Shown: positions 12,198-25,319 of the stretch, piece by piece
How positions within the stretch are numbered: position 1 is the first letter of the stretch
How the letters are laid out: every line of letters begins with the position of its first letter
DNA from: Eledone cirrhosa
Taxonomy: Eukaryota
Reading direction: 5' to 3'
DNA: 64,000 nucleotides
Assembly: GCA_964016885.1 (NCBI GenBank)
Contig: OZ024740.1
Span: 405,170,001 to 405,234,000 of the forward strand
The notes under the pieces: generated by a model
The model's database searches: none
Seen by the model: only the letters and a program-made list of their open reading frames with translations
Told to the model about the DNA's origin: nothing
Made by a program: the position numbers and the translations under genes

Positions 12198-12394
12198 TTT
12201 AATTCTTTCATTACTATATTTATAATGAAATATATAGTATTTCAATTGAGAATTTAGAGGAATTTTGTAACATAATAAAAAGTTCTTATTTCAAATTATG
12301 TTGGAAGATTTCAATCTAAATAGGAACTCATTAAAATTGGTAGTTTTGTTTCAAAGAACCAAAGGCACTTCTGGGCAGGTTGGTATCAAAAGGG
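12198..12394 (-). mobile_element. piggyBac-type MITE family B
   Basis: Ends ttggtatcaaaaggg-TTAA. Confidence 0.65.
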
Positions 12395-12589
12395 TTAAAT
12401 ATTTCCCAATCCTGTAAATCCCTAAACTGACAGAATATTCAAAATAAATTATCGAACATTATTAAGTCAACTACTATACAATTTTCTTTAAGATTTAGAT
12501 TTAAATTATTTGAAGAAACTTTAAAATTCATTATGTAACTTTAAACTGATGGTGAAATTTTGCATGGCAGTGAGATATGGGTAATAAAT

Positions 12590-12840
12590 GTGGAGGGCTG
12601 GAGAGAAATGAAGCAAGCATGCTCATTGGATGTTTTATGTTAGTGTGTATGAACAACGACGCATGAACAGAAACGTCCAGTAAAAGAAGAATCAGATGTA
12701 GTGTGCAAGAGAGAAGACTGTGCTGGGATGGCATGTGATGTTTATGGGTGATGAACACAGGTGAATAAGTGCTAGGTGATGCCAGTGGAAGGATACAACA
12801 GTAGAGGAAGATGCAGTTACTGCATCTCAGTTTGGAGGAG
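12590..12840 (+). mobile_element. Degenerate RTE 3' fragment
   Basis: LERNEASML.W...CSVQERRLCW.G.HV motifs. Confidence 0.7.
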
Positions 12841-12948
12841 AAATTTTGTAGATTTGAGTTTTTTTTTTCTTTTATTCCGTTTTCCTTTTTCTTTTTCCCT
12901 CTTATTCCTTGGAGAGTCATGGGAGCAGAGTCCTCAAACATGTCTCAA

Positions 12949-12996
12949 AAAGGATTTAGCTAAATATAAACATGTTTATATTTAGCTAAATCCTTT
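12949..12996. repeat. Perfect 48-bp spacerless palindrome
   Basis: aaaggatttagctaaatataaaca|tgtttatatttagctaaatccttt. Confidence 0.95.
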
Positions 12997-13309
12997 ATAA
13001 TTTCATGTAAGAACCTTTAAGTTACATTTCAAACACTAGTGTAGAGCATTACCAATGAACTGGTATTGCCTATTCTCTTAACTGATTCCATTTACTGTAG
13101 ACTTAATATTTAACTATGCATCAGAGAAATTCCCATAATGCATTGTAATATAATCTTCACTCCAGAGATAGTTTCTTATGTCTGACGATGTTTATTCTTC
13201 ATTAAATAATGATTTAAGAAATCAGTTAGTCAACTTTATTTATATAGTTTAACTAAAGCTATATTAGATTATGAAAAAGTTAGTTATATTACTTAATCCC
13301 TCTGAATTC

Positions 13310-13465
13310 TTATTCTTCACTCACTTATTCATGAGAGGATCATGGGGACAGATCTCAAACACCTCTTCCAGAGGGTCCTGTCAGAAACAACCATTTCTAA
13401 TTTATCCAGCTGGATCTCCAAGCAAGAGCAATCGAGCTCAGAGATGTTATCCAACCATCTTGCTC
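13310..13465 (-). mobile_element. RTE-clade LINE 3' end (third family)
   Basis: Homologous to 24505-24700 and 12895-12945. Confidence 0.65.
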
Positions 13466-13488
13466 ATAGATAAATATAAGGACTCTAA

Positions 13489-13725
13489 CCCTTTCACCCT
13501 TTCAATATCAGCCCCCTCATAACTACCTCTGTTTCTATAGAATGAAGCCACTCATTTTAAATGATTCTAATTTAAATTAAAATTTTCCAACATAATTTTA
13601 TATAAAAACCTTTTGTTATGTTAGAAATACCATCTTAATAATTGAAATAATTGTAGTAAAAACTTGCAAATAATTAAGTAATTTCAAATACAATGTATTT
13701 TATGAGAAATTTGGCAATGAATGGG
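13489..13725 (+). mobile_element. piggyBac-type MITE family B (degenerate)
   Basis: ccctt start and ggg-TTAA end. Confidence 0.6.
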
Positions 13726-14092
13726 TTAAGATAAATAACTTAGTATTGTAGAACCAAGGGCAATTCAAGGTAATTTGTAATCTAGAGTTAAATTCTATTT
13801 CTTATTATTAAGGTACAATATAATGTTAATTTTCTATTTTACTCTTTATAAACATTATTATTCTTATGTTACTTATTAAATATAATACTATTTATAAATT
13901 ATTTTTGAATTGTTTTGAAACGTTTAATATTAATAATTGTTTAAGCATATTTCCTAAAATATCCATTTATTTAATTTTTTGTGATATATCAAATTTTTAT
14001 TTATTAGTGAGTCTAGACCACATTGTTTCGTTTACTGTTATGTAGGATCACCTAATTGATAGACAAATGAAAATGTTACTTAGATAGGTTAA

Positions 14093-14280
14093 AATAATTG
14101 TTTCTACTTTTGGCACAAGGCCAGCAATTATCCCAGTGCATTACTGGTATTTTATTTTATCAACCCTGTAAGGATGACAGCAAAGTTAACCTTGGCGGGA
14201 ATTGAACTCAGACCGTAAAAGGAGGTAACTCTATGCTGCAAAGCATGGCGTCCAACCCTCTACCGATACTGCCAATCCAC
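14093..14280 (-). mobile_element. SINE family A
   Basis: Matches family consensus. Confidence 0.87.
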
Positions 14281-14730
14281 TAATAATGAAGGCAATACTT
14301 GACCAAATGTAACAAGCATTCTAAGGCCATTTTCCTGTCAAATTATGGGGTAGCATTGTGGGTCCCATGACTAGCTTCTCCATTTTGCCTTATCCTCTGC
14401 ACTCCCCTTACCAACACCCAGGCTGTATTTTCTTCATTTTTAACCATGTCTCTTTGTCTTCATAATGCTGGACTGAATACTTACAGCAATTCGTTTAATA
14501 ACTTAAGTTTTCAGAATTTAAATTCAACTTTAGTTACACATGCACTTTATCTCTTTAGAGGTCAATAAAATATTAGCGAATTGTGCTTGAGTGCTAGAAA
14601 AATTATTGTGGATATTCAAAAGAAAATATTTTGTTTAAATGAATTAAGAACTGGATACTTTTTAAATGCTTATCAGTGTGGACTGAAGGATTTAAATAGT
14701 TTGTAACACAGGTCTTATATTCACCTAATA

Positions 14731-15120
14731 TTTGGCAGTATCGGTAGAGGGTCGGACGCCATGCTTTGCAGCAAAGAGTTACGGCCCTTTATGGTCTGAG
14801 TTCAAATCCCGCCGAGGTTAACTTTGCCTTTCATTCTTACGGGGTCGATAAAATAAAGTACCAGTAATACACTGGGATAATTTCTGGCCTTGTGCCAAAA
14901 GTAGAAACAATTATTATTTACTGTGGATTGGCAGAATAATAAGAGTCAAACAAAATGCTTTGCAGATTTAGTTACAGCCCTTTATGTAGTTCAAATTCTG
15001 CCAAGGTTAATTTTGTCTTTCATCCTTTTAAGGTCAATAAAATATAGTACCAGTCACATACTGAGGTTGGTGTAATCGACTTTCCCCTCATCACAAATTG
15101 TTGGCTTTGTGCTTAAATTA
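14731..15120 (+). mobile_element. Two tandem SINE family A copies (14731-14918, 14923-15120)
   Basis: Matches family consensus. Confidence 0.85.
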
Positions 15121-15149
15121 TTGTCATTGTTATTCCTCCTCAAAGTACA

Positions 15150-15490
15150 TTGGTGATGTACATGGAGAAACAGAGAAGGATGCAGGGATCAGAAATGGGG
15201 ATGGTTCCATGGACTGAGTGGAGTATCATGCAGAGAGAAGACAAGGAATTGCAGAGCATGAAGGGAATAAAGCCAGTGATGAGAGTTGTAAAGAGAAATG
15301 GAATGAGGTGGTTGAGTCATGCATTGGGAAAGGATGAAAGTGACTGGGTGAGAGGAGGATAGAAGGAAGAAGAGGAAGTAGAAGACCAAATAACGACATA
15401 GCTAAAGGTGGTGGAAATGGAAGCCAAGGAGTTGGTGAAGGGGGATGCAGATGATTGGTCACTTGTCATGGGGCCCACAAGGCTAACACA
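15150..15490 (+). mobile_element. Old degenerate RTE 3' fragment
   Basis: MRWLSHALGKDESDWV and RGRPK-like motifs. Confidence 0.55.
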
Positions 15491-15609
15491 TACTCTGTGA
15501 GGGGAAAATGGTTTAGCTCTTAAGTTCCTGTACAACATGAAACAACATTAGTAAGACATTCTTGAAAAGTAAAATGAGCACTATGACTGCATCACTTTAA
15601 TTAAATTAA

Positions 15610-15800
15610 AGGGCGGTGGATTGGCAGTATCAGTAGAGGATTGGACGCCATGCTTTGCAGCAAAGAGTTACGGTCCTTTATGATGTGAGATCAAATCCCG
15701 CTGGGGTTAACTTTGCCTTTCATCCTTATGGGGTCGATAAAATAAAGTACCAGTAATGCACTGGGTAATTGCTGGTCTTGTGCCAAAAGTAGAAACAATT
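15610..15800 (+). mobile_element. SINE family A
   Basis: Matches family consensus. Confidence 0.87.
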
Positions 15801-15826
15801 AATTAAATTCTTTATGCTAACACTGT

Positions 15827-16015
15827 GAAGACGTGTGGCTTAGGGGTCAGAGAATTGTATTCGCAATTGTGAGGTTGTGGGTTAAATTCTAAGACCAGGT
15901 GATGCTGTGTGTCCTTGAGCAAGACACTTTATTTCATGTTGCTCCTTCTGCCAGGAGTTGCCACCAGTAGATAGTATCAGCAATGGAAACAAAAGTTTCC
16001 TTGGTTTCACTTGAC
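15827..16015 (+). mobile_element. tRNA-head/CORE-like SINE with alternative tail
   Basis: tggcttaggggtcag head and ccttgagcaagacacttt core; tail shared with 50500-50705. Confidence 0.75.
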
Positions 16016-17225
16016 AAGGTCCACCCCACTCGGCAAGCTAATGAGGTTTGGAATCTTGTCAATCAATCAGAGCAAGTGAGTGACTCTAACACTGCAAATG
16101 TTTCACAAAGATTTGTCCACTAGTAAAGATATGATAAACATTTGAATTAACAAATCTGTTTTCTGATAAATCAACACAGGCTGTTAAGTACATTTCTGGA
16201 GGGTATTTCTTAATAGAATTAGGTCATTGAAAAGATTACTTTCTTAATGAGCAACCTAAACATTTGTTTCAATGTCAAAAAGACTGTTTTGTGGCAAGTG
16301 TCAATTATTTTGATTAATATATCTCAGGAAATTTATGATTTGAAGTTAATTAATATTGAAATGCTGTTTCTGAATTTTTTCTCTGTTTGATTTTCAAATT
16401 CTATCAGCAAATTAAATTAACATTTCATATAAATATTGAACTTTTTAAAAAACAGTCTTCGAGTATATGTTACACCTTTTACATATAATCAAAATGATAA
16501 ATATCAAAAGTGACAAATCTATGAGACTGTGAAAATCAATAAAATATACATTTGGAAGCTGTTGTCTGGCCTCCACATCTGTCCTCATTGAGCTGACGTA
16601 TCATTAAAAGTGTTTCAGCCATGCCTGTATTGTCTTGTGTTTTTGTTTCCATATATATTGTACCGTAAAGTTCATTATCCATTGTTCAATTTTCAATTAT
16701 GTTTTATATTGCAAAATTATGTTTTATATTGCAAAGCAAGAGACAGGTTGGTTTCAGAGCAGTTAGTAGAGATATTTGACTGCAATTTCTGGCATTAAGC
16801 CACCTCATATAGGTTTTCTTACTGGCCTGTGGGCAGATTTATCAATGGGTAATCGTGGACACAGCTCAATCTGCTTATATAATTGTTTAGATAAGAGGAG
16901 GCTGTGGGTGGATAAATATAGCAAAGTTTGATTTCCATGAATCAAGAAATAAGTTGTCAAAGAAATACAAAACTGACAGTTTAAAAAAAATAAAAAAATA
17001 AAAATAAAATATAATAAAAATAATAATAATGATTAAAAAAAAAAATATTAGTGCTAAAAAATCCCAAACTGCCAAGACAATTATTTCTTGCCAGGATGTC
17101 TGCAACTATATTTAGTGTCAGTTTTATAGCCAACACTGGAGAATTTCAATATGTGAAAGAGAGCCAATTAATTAAACAAATAAACACTATTAAAAGCTGC
17201 TAAAACACAATTTCCATTTCCACAC

Positions 17226-17410
17226 TTCTCTCTCTCTTTTTCTTTCTCTTTCTTCCTTTTTCTCTCATTTTTTCTTTATTTCTCTTTCTTTCTCTCCCTT
17301 TTTCTCTTTCTTTCTCTCCCCTTTTCTTTTTCTCTTTTTTTTTCTTTCTTTCTTCCTCTCTCTCTCTCTTGCACACTCTCTCTCTCTCTCATTCACTCTC
17401 TCTCTCTTTC
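17226..17410. repeat. Polypyrimidine (CT/CTT) tract
   Basis: Directly visible. Confidence 0.9.
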
Positions 17411-17693
17411 ATTCACTTTTGTTTTAACAGGCTCTCTTCATTCAATAGGTTAATATTAACTGAACTACAGTTTATGCATATGTCAGTAATTTATACTCTG
17501 AACAATCTTAGTTTTCTACACCAACCAGGGTTCAATATTTTATATTTACTTAGTTATTTTCATACCTTAGATCTCTACATCATTCCAAAGATCCATCTCC
17601 AGCTCCCACCATACACATTTTATACTTACTCCTAGCTGCCACATAATTTTATAATCCCTTTACACCACTACATTTTCAATATACCTACCCAGT

Positions 17694-17955
17694 ATCATCA
17701 TCGTTTTACATCCATTCTTCCATGCTAGCATGGGTTAGAGGGGTTGTCCTGTTGTGGGCAGTGCCAGGTCGGGTGACCTTGTCTTACTCACACAACTGAT
17801 TTTGGCTTGATTTCTACAGCTGGATACCCTTCCTAACACCAACTTCATTTATGGTCAGTGTTGGGGGCTTTTATTCTGTGGCACCTACACGACCTCTTTA
17901 CAGTGTGAGCTGGGTGCTTTTTTTTTGTGACACCTCCACGATCACTTTGCAGTAT
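17694..17955 (-). mobile_element. RTE 3' UTR fragment
   Basis: Reverse complement of 49865-50120. Confidence 0.85.
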
Positions 17956-18897
17956 GTATCATATATTTAACACGCTTCCTGCACACTGCACATAGCCACC
18001 TTCCTGTTCTTTCCATCTCACCACATATTACCATTTGCCCTTACTTTTGTCTTTCCAATATCCCCTTCCATACATTTTCCTCCATACATTCTATCTAACT
18101 ATTCATATTTTTCCTCAGTCCATCCACACTTTGCTATTAACGCTAGGTCATCTACATACAACTCTCATGGTAAACCCTCCTTTATGTCATCTAGTTTTGA
18201 TTGTCTGAAGTGGGGTTATTTCAGTCTGTTTAACCCTTTTGAAAGTGCTTCTGATTCTATAATCAAGTCCCTGTAACTGGTGCAGCCTAATCTTGGGGTG
18301 CCACCATAGACTTTTGTGTGTCCATCATGGCAGTTCAATAAACCTTAGAAATACTTGACAGTGCCCATCTCCTCTCCAAGCATCCAGTCCCTCATTAAGT
18401 TTAGTCTGCCTCCATAAGTAGATCTTGGTGTGTGGTTTTAAAATGTCTTGGAGTCAGAAGTGCAAATCAGGTGTATCTGTCCATCCCTAAAAATGCTGTT
18501 GCCAGACATCAAAGTATTCTCTCTAGCCAAACACCACAGTTTTGAAATAATATTCCTTGAAACTCTGTATAATGGTACATCCAATATTGTAGTAACATTT
18601 CTTTAAATCGTTTTACTTTATTTTGAAAGAGACACCGAGCAATGGCATGTTTTGTTTTGAAATAATGATTCTTTAAATCCAATATAACGGTATATCCAAT
18701 AATGAAATGTTTCTTTAAAAGTATATAAATAGGAAATTATATTTGTAAGAAGCAACAAACAGTATATAACACTATTCCCTATAGTGAAATAATGTATCGT
18801 CAAATCCTGGGAAATGGTACATCTGGTATTAAAATAATGTTTCTTCAAATTTACTTTACTCTACTTTGCTATGTCCTGTAGTAAAAAAAGTTACTAA

Positions 18898-19099
18898 GTT
18901 ATTTATTTTGAAGTGTTTATATTTATCTAAACACTTTATATCATAATTTTATGTAAGAACTTAGTTAACTTATATTCCAAGTACCAACTTAATGAGAAAG
19001 TTAGTTACATTACTAAATCCCACCAAATTCTTGAATATTTTCAAAATTAATTGAAAATCATAAGCAGTGTCTTTGATTAGAAATATAGTAATGAAAGGG
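18898..19099 (+). mobile_element. piggyBac-type MITE family B, right part
   Basis: gagaaagttagttacatt..aaaggg-TTAA, as at 41184-41259. Confidence 0.65.
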
Positions 19100-19555
19100 T
19101 TAAGGTTGCCAATTGTCAATTCCATCAGTTTGATAGCATCTTCAATGGTCATACATTAAAAAAAAAAACTTCAATTAAATGCCATACAGATATACACCAG
19201 ATTGTAAATAACTATTATTTTGTTCCATGTCCTCCCTCTCCTCACTCTCTCTATTCATTAAAAAAATATATAACATGTTTTTTTTTAAATTTTGAATACA
19301 TAAAAGTCAAAAGTAAGGTATAATTATTTTACACCTATTTTCTATGCTGACGTGGTTGGTGGGTCATTGCTATCTGAGTAAGTTGTTATTTAGAGTTTCT
19401 GCCCCATACATGGGTTGGGGATTATGTCATGTTCATATACTTTCAATTTTGGTATGGTTTTATGGCAGGATGCCCTTCCTCACAAAAGCCATTTCTACAG
19501 AGTGTACTGATAAAGACAAAAAGGATAATAGGGTGGAGATGGGGCCAATTCTACC

Positions 19556-20030
19556 CCCATAGCTGGTACAGTATATCTAAGCTTTGCCACAAAGTACAGC
19601 CAGTGATATCCACTGCATCAGCTATTCCATCTCTTGGGGTTCATTCCTCAGGTGCAATGGAATTCTAAGGACTGAGGACACCAAAATTCTCAATAGCAAG
19701 TGGCACAAAATGGAATCTGCCTGATATTTGGTCAATTTCTGCTCCTTTGCAAATACCAGTGACTGTGTCTGGGTTTATAGCCAAAGCAATAAGCTTAGGC
19801 CTAGAAAAAGTGTCACAATTTGTAGCATCTCTGATAAGCAACAAAAACCCACTTAAACAGGAAAAGGATTATCCCATTTGAATGCCTGTAACTGCCATGG
19901 TCAAGACAGGAGTTGCAGTTTTGATAGTAAATCAACAGCATAAAGGTTCTTTTTAATGGTATCATTCAGAGTAGTATAGTGAATGGAAACATCTTGCACT
20001 GATAACAAGAAAGTGGCTGTAATCCAAACT
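19556..20030 (-). mobile_element. Decayed restriction-like-endonuclease (CRE-clade-like) non-LTR retrotransposon 3' fragment
   Basis: Reverse translation with frameshifts gives LNDTIKKNL, RDATNCDTF, RFHFVPLAIENFGV and QWISLAVLCGKA. These match the RH..LNDII, WDAT..DT, FVP.A.ET.G and QR.S.A.QRGNA motifs in order. Confidence 0.7.
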
Positions 20031-20911
20031 CTATAATTATTATAGTCATTATACCTCATTCTAATTCAGAAGATAATTTCTGACCAGCTCTTTACAGAAA
20101 CTCCTAAAATTACTAAGATAAATGATTACTTTTACAATATCTATCAAAGTCATACTTATTGATTTTTATATTTATTTCATTTTATTATTAATTTAATTTT
20201 ATATGGATACTTTGCCTATAAAATTATCATTACATTAATCTGCTTTGACAGCTCAAAGTTTTTAGTTGCCCACCATCCCTATCCACCCTTGACCACTCAC
20301 CTAACATGATTCTACCTCCCCCTTCGTCCACCATCACAATCTCTGCAAAGTTGCTGTCTGAGACAGACCGCTTTACATGTTTCTTATAATTTGTAGCCTA
20401 CAGTTCTAATCAATAATCTCAGCCTTTCTTTTTTCCACTTCCTCTGTAACCTTGCAATCTAACTGCTAAAAGTTTATTCCTTTTTATATTGATAGTTATT
20501 TGTTTTACTTCATCAATGTTAAGTTGCTAAAAAATATAGCTAGAAAAAAATAGAACAGAGTAACAAGATATGGTGTTGCTTATCAATGTCAGATATCATT
20601 AATAACAAAGAAAATAGTGCTTCCTGACTCTGGGCACATTGAAACTTTACATTGGGTTCTTCAAACCATCCTTAGTAATCATTTAGCCTCACATCAACCA
20701 CTTGATTGTCCAGCATATTATTATTATTTTTTTTTTTTAATGACATTAGGGCACTATTTGATAATTTACTGGAGATCTTTGCTATTTCTAGCAGGTCTAG
20801 CAACCACATATGGGTTTTTCAATTGGCTCATTAAACTATCTTTTGTCATTGTTTAGCCCCATGTCAACTTTGATTGTCCACTCTATCTTTAAAAAAATGG
20901 ATGTGATTTAA

Positions 20912-21467
20912 CCCGTTACCATTTAAACTGGCCATTTCTGGCCAAAATTCTCTCACCTCTTTCTATTCAAACTGGCCATAACCAGCTGATCATCATCATC
21001 ATCATCATCATTTCATTTTACGTCCGCTTATTCCCTGCTTGCAAGGGTGGGACGGGAACTGATTCTGGCTTGATTTCTACAGCTGGATGCCCTTCCTAAC
21101 ACCAACCTCATTTACAGTGAGTGCTGGGTGCTTTTTTGCTGTGGCACCTCCACGACCACTTTACAGTGGTATGATATGGACCCCAGTCCCTATCATCTCA
21201 TTTCTACAGCTGAGTAAACTGGAGCAATGTGAAATAAAGTGTCTTGCTCAAGGAAACAACACATCACCTGGTCTGAGAATTGAACTCACAACCTTTCGAT
21301 TGCAAAGCCAATGCTCTAACCACTAAGCCATGTGCCTCATACTGATGTTAAAGTATTGTTCTCAAAATAGATATAAAAATCTCATAGATTTGATATTATG
21401 TGAGATAAAACCTTTACCATGAAAATATAATAGTATATATATATAGAGTAAAATAAATGCTAAAGGG
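20912..21467 (+). mobile_element. piggyBac-type MITE family A interrupted by a SINE
   Basis: TTAA at 20908-20911 and 21468-21471; SINE inserted at 20989-21338. Confidence 0.82.
20989..21338 (-). mobile_element. tRNA/CORE-like SINE with RTE tail
   Basis: Near-identical reverse complement of 942-1281, with a (GAT)n tail. Confidence 0.9.
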
Positions 21468-21832
21468 TTAAAGGATATTTGGTTATTATCTCTAGTAGAT
21501 TGAACAACCAAATAGAGACTTGCTTGTGGGTTCATTAAACTATGCTTATTTCATAAGATTCTAAGCATAACTCTTCAATGTTCTAAACACAATTGTTCAT
21601 TCATAGTTTATCCAGATGACCAGTCCTTCTTTGCTAGAATGTCATCCCTCTCCAATTTGTTTTCTGACCATGTTTTTCAAGCAGTGATGAATTAGAAATT
21701 GTTTAAGACCTTCAACCACATTGATCAAATTAGTCTCAGAGAGCCTATAAGGGCCATAGCACAGAGACCTTCCTCCAGACCAAACCATAAAAACAATGCA
21801 TGTTATTTTCATAAAGTCTTTTATTTTTATGC

Positions 21833-21915
21833 TATTGGGTCGTCAAGTATGAAATTTGTAGAAATTTGTTTATTTTCTACAAATTTCTACAAATTGTTTA
21901 CTTGACGACCCAATA
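21833..21915. mobile_element. Tiny TA-flanked Tc1/mariner-like MITE
   Basis: TATTGGGTCGTCAAGTA ... TACTTGACGACCCAATA, a perfect 17-bp inverted repeat including the TA. Confidence 0.75.
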
Positions 21916-22109
21916 AAATAATCCTCATCGCATCATTGACAATTTCTGGTAATCTTCCAGAGATTTTTTACATGATGATCAGGAAGCAAAGTCAGTGCCC
22001 ATGACTCTTTTCAGGGGCCTCCATGTGATCTTCAGTTTGAATCTTTTCTATTTACCTCCAGGAGTAATCATAGTGATTGGAGCATTTGTATATAGTCAAC
22101 ACCTTGTAG

Positions 22110-22402
22110 CAGGGCTTTTAAACTTTCACATTAGTGACACACTTTTTAAAAATATTATTTTTTTGTGATGCACCAAGTTTTATTAGCAACAAAAAATTAA
22201 CGAAATGAATAAATAATCAAATTTTTTATTTACATGTCACTTGGCAAGTGTTGAATTGTACACTGAGTTTTATCAGATTTCAAATATAGCTTACAGCCAA
22301 ATATTTATAAGAATTGATAAGCTTTTTACTTAATTTTCATGACATACTTAGAGATTATTGGTGACATACTAAAGTATTGTGACACACTGTAGGAAACCTT
22401 TG
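22110..22402. mobile_element. Possible degenerate hAT MITE
   Basis: cagggcttttaaac start and ggaaacctttg end, with repeated gtgacaca subterminal motifs. Confidence 0.4.
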
Positions 22403-22859
22403 CTTTTGAGACCTATGGGACATAAAAAGAGAGTAAAAATATAATATTCCATACTTCAGGAATCTGTGAAGAATTACTGAGAGAATATTCAACAGTTTTG
22501 ATGTCATCTTCCTAGTTCTATAATTAGTGCCAGCCTTGTTTCTGAATTATATTGATCTACTGCCATATATAATATTAATGCTCTGGTGCCACTAATGCAT
22601 ATGGTGCAGTTAGGTGCAGTGAGGTACAGATGTGTGTTGGGAGGAGGATCTATTTCAAACTTAAAAATATAAATATAATATTTTTTATATTTATTCTTTT
22701 AGTGTTGATAAAATTGAGTGGTGGGGTTGTTGATTTAGAAATTGTTGTTCTTGTTATTGCTGGTGTTTAGCCCTAGGTCAGCCCTGAGTTGATAGAATTA
22801 TAATCAAATCAGTTATTGTTAGTGATGATGATGATGATGATGATAAAACAGTGATAGTA

Positions 22860-25308
22860 TTGATTTCTAACATTGACATATATACTCAAATTTCTTTTTG
22901 TGAGGCAAGGGTAGAGTTGATATAAATCAACTCTAGCATTTGGTAGGTACTTTATATTGTCAGCCCTGTAAGGGTGGAAGGCAAATTTGACGATGGTGAG
23001 ATTTGAACTCAGAACATAAAGGACCATAACTAAATACCAGACAACACTCCACCAATTCTGTCAATTTCCTGCCTTTGCAATAATAATATTCGTTTTGGAA
23101 GGCCAGCAATTTGAAGGGAAGGGGAAAGTGGACTAAATCGACCCCAGTGTGTTACTGGTACTTTATTTTATCAACCCTATAAGGATAAAAGCCAAAGCTA
23201 ACCTTGGTGGGATTTGAACTCAGAATATAAAGGGCCATAACTACATGCTACAAATCATGTCTGACGCTCTAATGACTCTACCAATCGCAATAATAATAAT
23301 AACTTATTTATTTAAGAATGATGATTTCTTTAATAATAATTGTTTCTACTTTAGTCACAAGGTCAGCAATTTGAAGGGGAAGGGAAATTCGATTAAATTG
23401 ACCCACAGCGTGTTACTGGTACTATATTTTATCAACCCCATAAGGCTGAAAGGCAAAGTTGAACATAAAGGGCTGTAATTCAATGCCGCAAAGTATGTTG
23501 TTCGACAATAATAAGGATTTCTTATATAGGTTCAAGGACACACATTTTGTGTGTGTGTGTAGAGAGAGAAGGAGGAGGAGGGCTCTACAATCAATTAAAT
23601 CTCGCTAGTTCTTAATCAATATTTATTTCAATTACTCCAGTGGGATTTAATCAGAACATATATGGCGTAAATAAATTCTGCAAGGCCATTTTGTTCATTA
23701 TTCTACCAGCCTGATCAGTCATTACACTTTCAATCACGATTTCTAATCTTGTTACATGGCCAGCAATTTAAGGGAAGGGAGAGTCGGTTATATCAACCCC
23801 AATACTTGACTGGTACTTTATTTTATCAACCTTGGAAGGATGAAAAGCAAAATTGACCTCAGCAGGATTTGAACTTAGAATCTAAAGTGCCAGAACAAAT
23901 ATTGCTAATCATTAGTCTAACAACTCTGCCAATCCACAAACTTTACACTTTCAATAATAATAATAATTATTATTTCTACTTTTGGCACAAGGCCAGCAAT
24001 TATCCCAGTATATTACTGGTACTTTATTTTATCAACCCCGTAAGGATGAAAGACAAAGTTAACCTCAGCGGGATTTGAATGGTTTGACTTAGGCACAAAG
24101 CCAACAATTTGGGAGGAGAGGAAAGTTGATTACACCAACCCCAATATGTGACTGGTACTTTATTTTATCAACCCCAGAAGGATGAAAGTCAAAGCTAACC
24201 TCGGTGGGATTTGAAATCAGAACATAAAGGGCCATAACTCTATGCTGCAAAGCATTGTGTCCAACTCTCTACTGATACTGCCAATCCACTGTCTTTTATA
24301 TAATAATCATTTCTTTATTAGTCACAAGGTTTGTATGTAAAGATACAGTAAAAATAAACATAAGGGGTTACAATGTATATGATGCTGGATAAACAGTTAT
24401 ATAAAAATAAGGGTAGGGGCAAGGAATTTATAAAGTAGACAGATTAAAAAAAACAAAATAAGTATAAAATTATTCTAAAACAATGATTAACACAAGATAT
24501 TTCTTCTTCTCCTTCCACTTATTCCTGAGAGGAGTATAGGGGCAGAGTCCTCAAACACTCCCTCCAGCGAGTCCTGTCAGAAACAACTGTCTCCAACTGA
24601 TCCAGCTGGATCCCCAGCATGACCAGCCAAGCTCATGGATGTTATCCAACCATCTTGCTAAGGGTCTACCCCTGGGTCTCTTGCCGGTTGGTTTTGCCAA
24701 GATATGATAAAGTATAAAAACATAGTTACCTACATAATGATTTCTTTATTAACCATAAGGGTTTACAAAAAGATCAGGTATAGTACAGGATGATACTGAG
24801 GGTTTACATGAAAATGCATAAAAAGGGTAAAATAATTGTTTCTACTTTTTGCACAAGGCCAGCAGTTATCCCAGTGCATTACTGGTAGTTTATTTTATCG
24901 ACCCTGTAAGGATGAAAGGCAAAGTTAACCTCGGCAGGATTTGAACTCAGACAGTAAAGGGCCGTAACTCTATGCTGCAAAGCATGGCGTCCGACCCTCT
25001 ACTGATACTGCCAATCCACCACCATTGTGAAATAATGAAAATAAAATGACTAACAATAAAGTGAACCAAAGAAAAGTCCCCCAACAGAGGGGAAACTTCC
25101 GAGGGATACTTATATAATAATTGTTTCTACGTTTGGCACAAGGCCAGCAATTATCCAGTGTATTACTGGTACTTTATTTTATCGACCCCGTAAGGATGAA
25201 AGGCAAAGTTAACCTCAGCGGGATTTGAACTCAGACCATAAAGGGCCGTAACTCTATGATGCAAAGCACGGCGTCAGACCCTCTACAGATACTGCCAATC
25301 CACCGCCC
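22860..25308 (-). mobile_element. Cluster of about 8 same-orientation SINE family A copies interleaved with LINE tails
   Basis: Copies near 22860, 23095, 23338, 23740, 23970, 24088, 24830 and 25115. Confidence 0.85.
24505..24700 (-). mobile_element. RTE-clade LINE 3' end (third family)
   Basis: Reverse translation RPRGRP.ARWLDNIHELGW. Confidence 0.7.
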
Positions 25309-25319
25309 TTATATAATAA

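Noticed and set aside
18617-18875. Minus-strand segment with a strong acceptor (ctttttttactacag) and a GT donor
   Set aside because: All three frames have stops shortly after the acceptor and no recognisable domain; not supportable as an exon.
22860-25308. Regularly recurring motifs suggestive of a CRISPR-like array
   Set aside because: The repeats are about 200-bp SINE copies at irregular spacing in eukaryotic DNA, with no cas genes.
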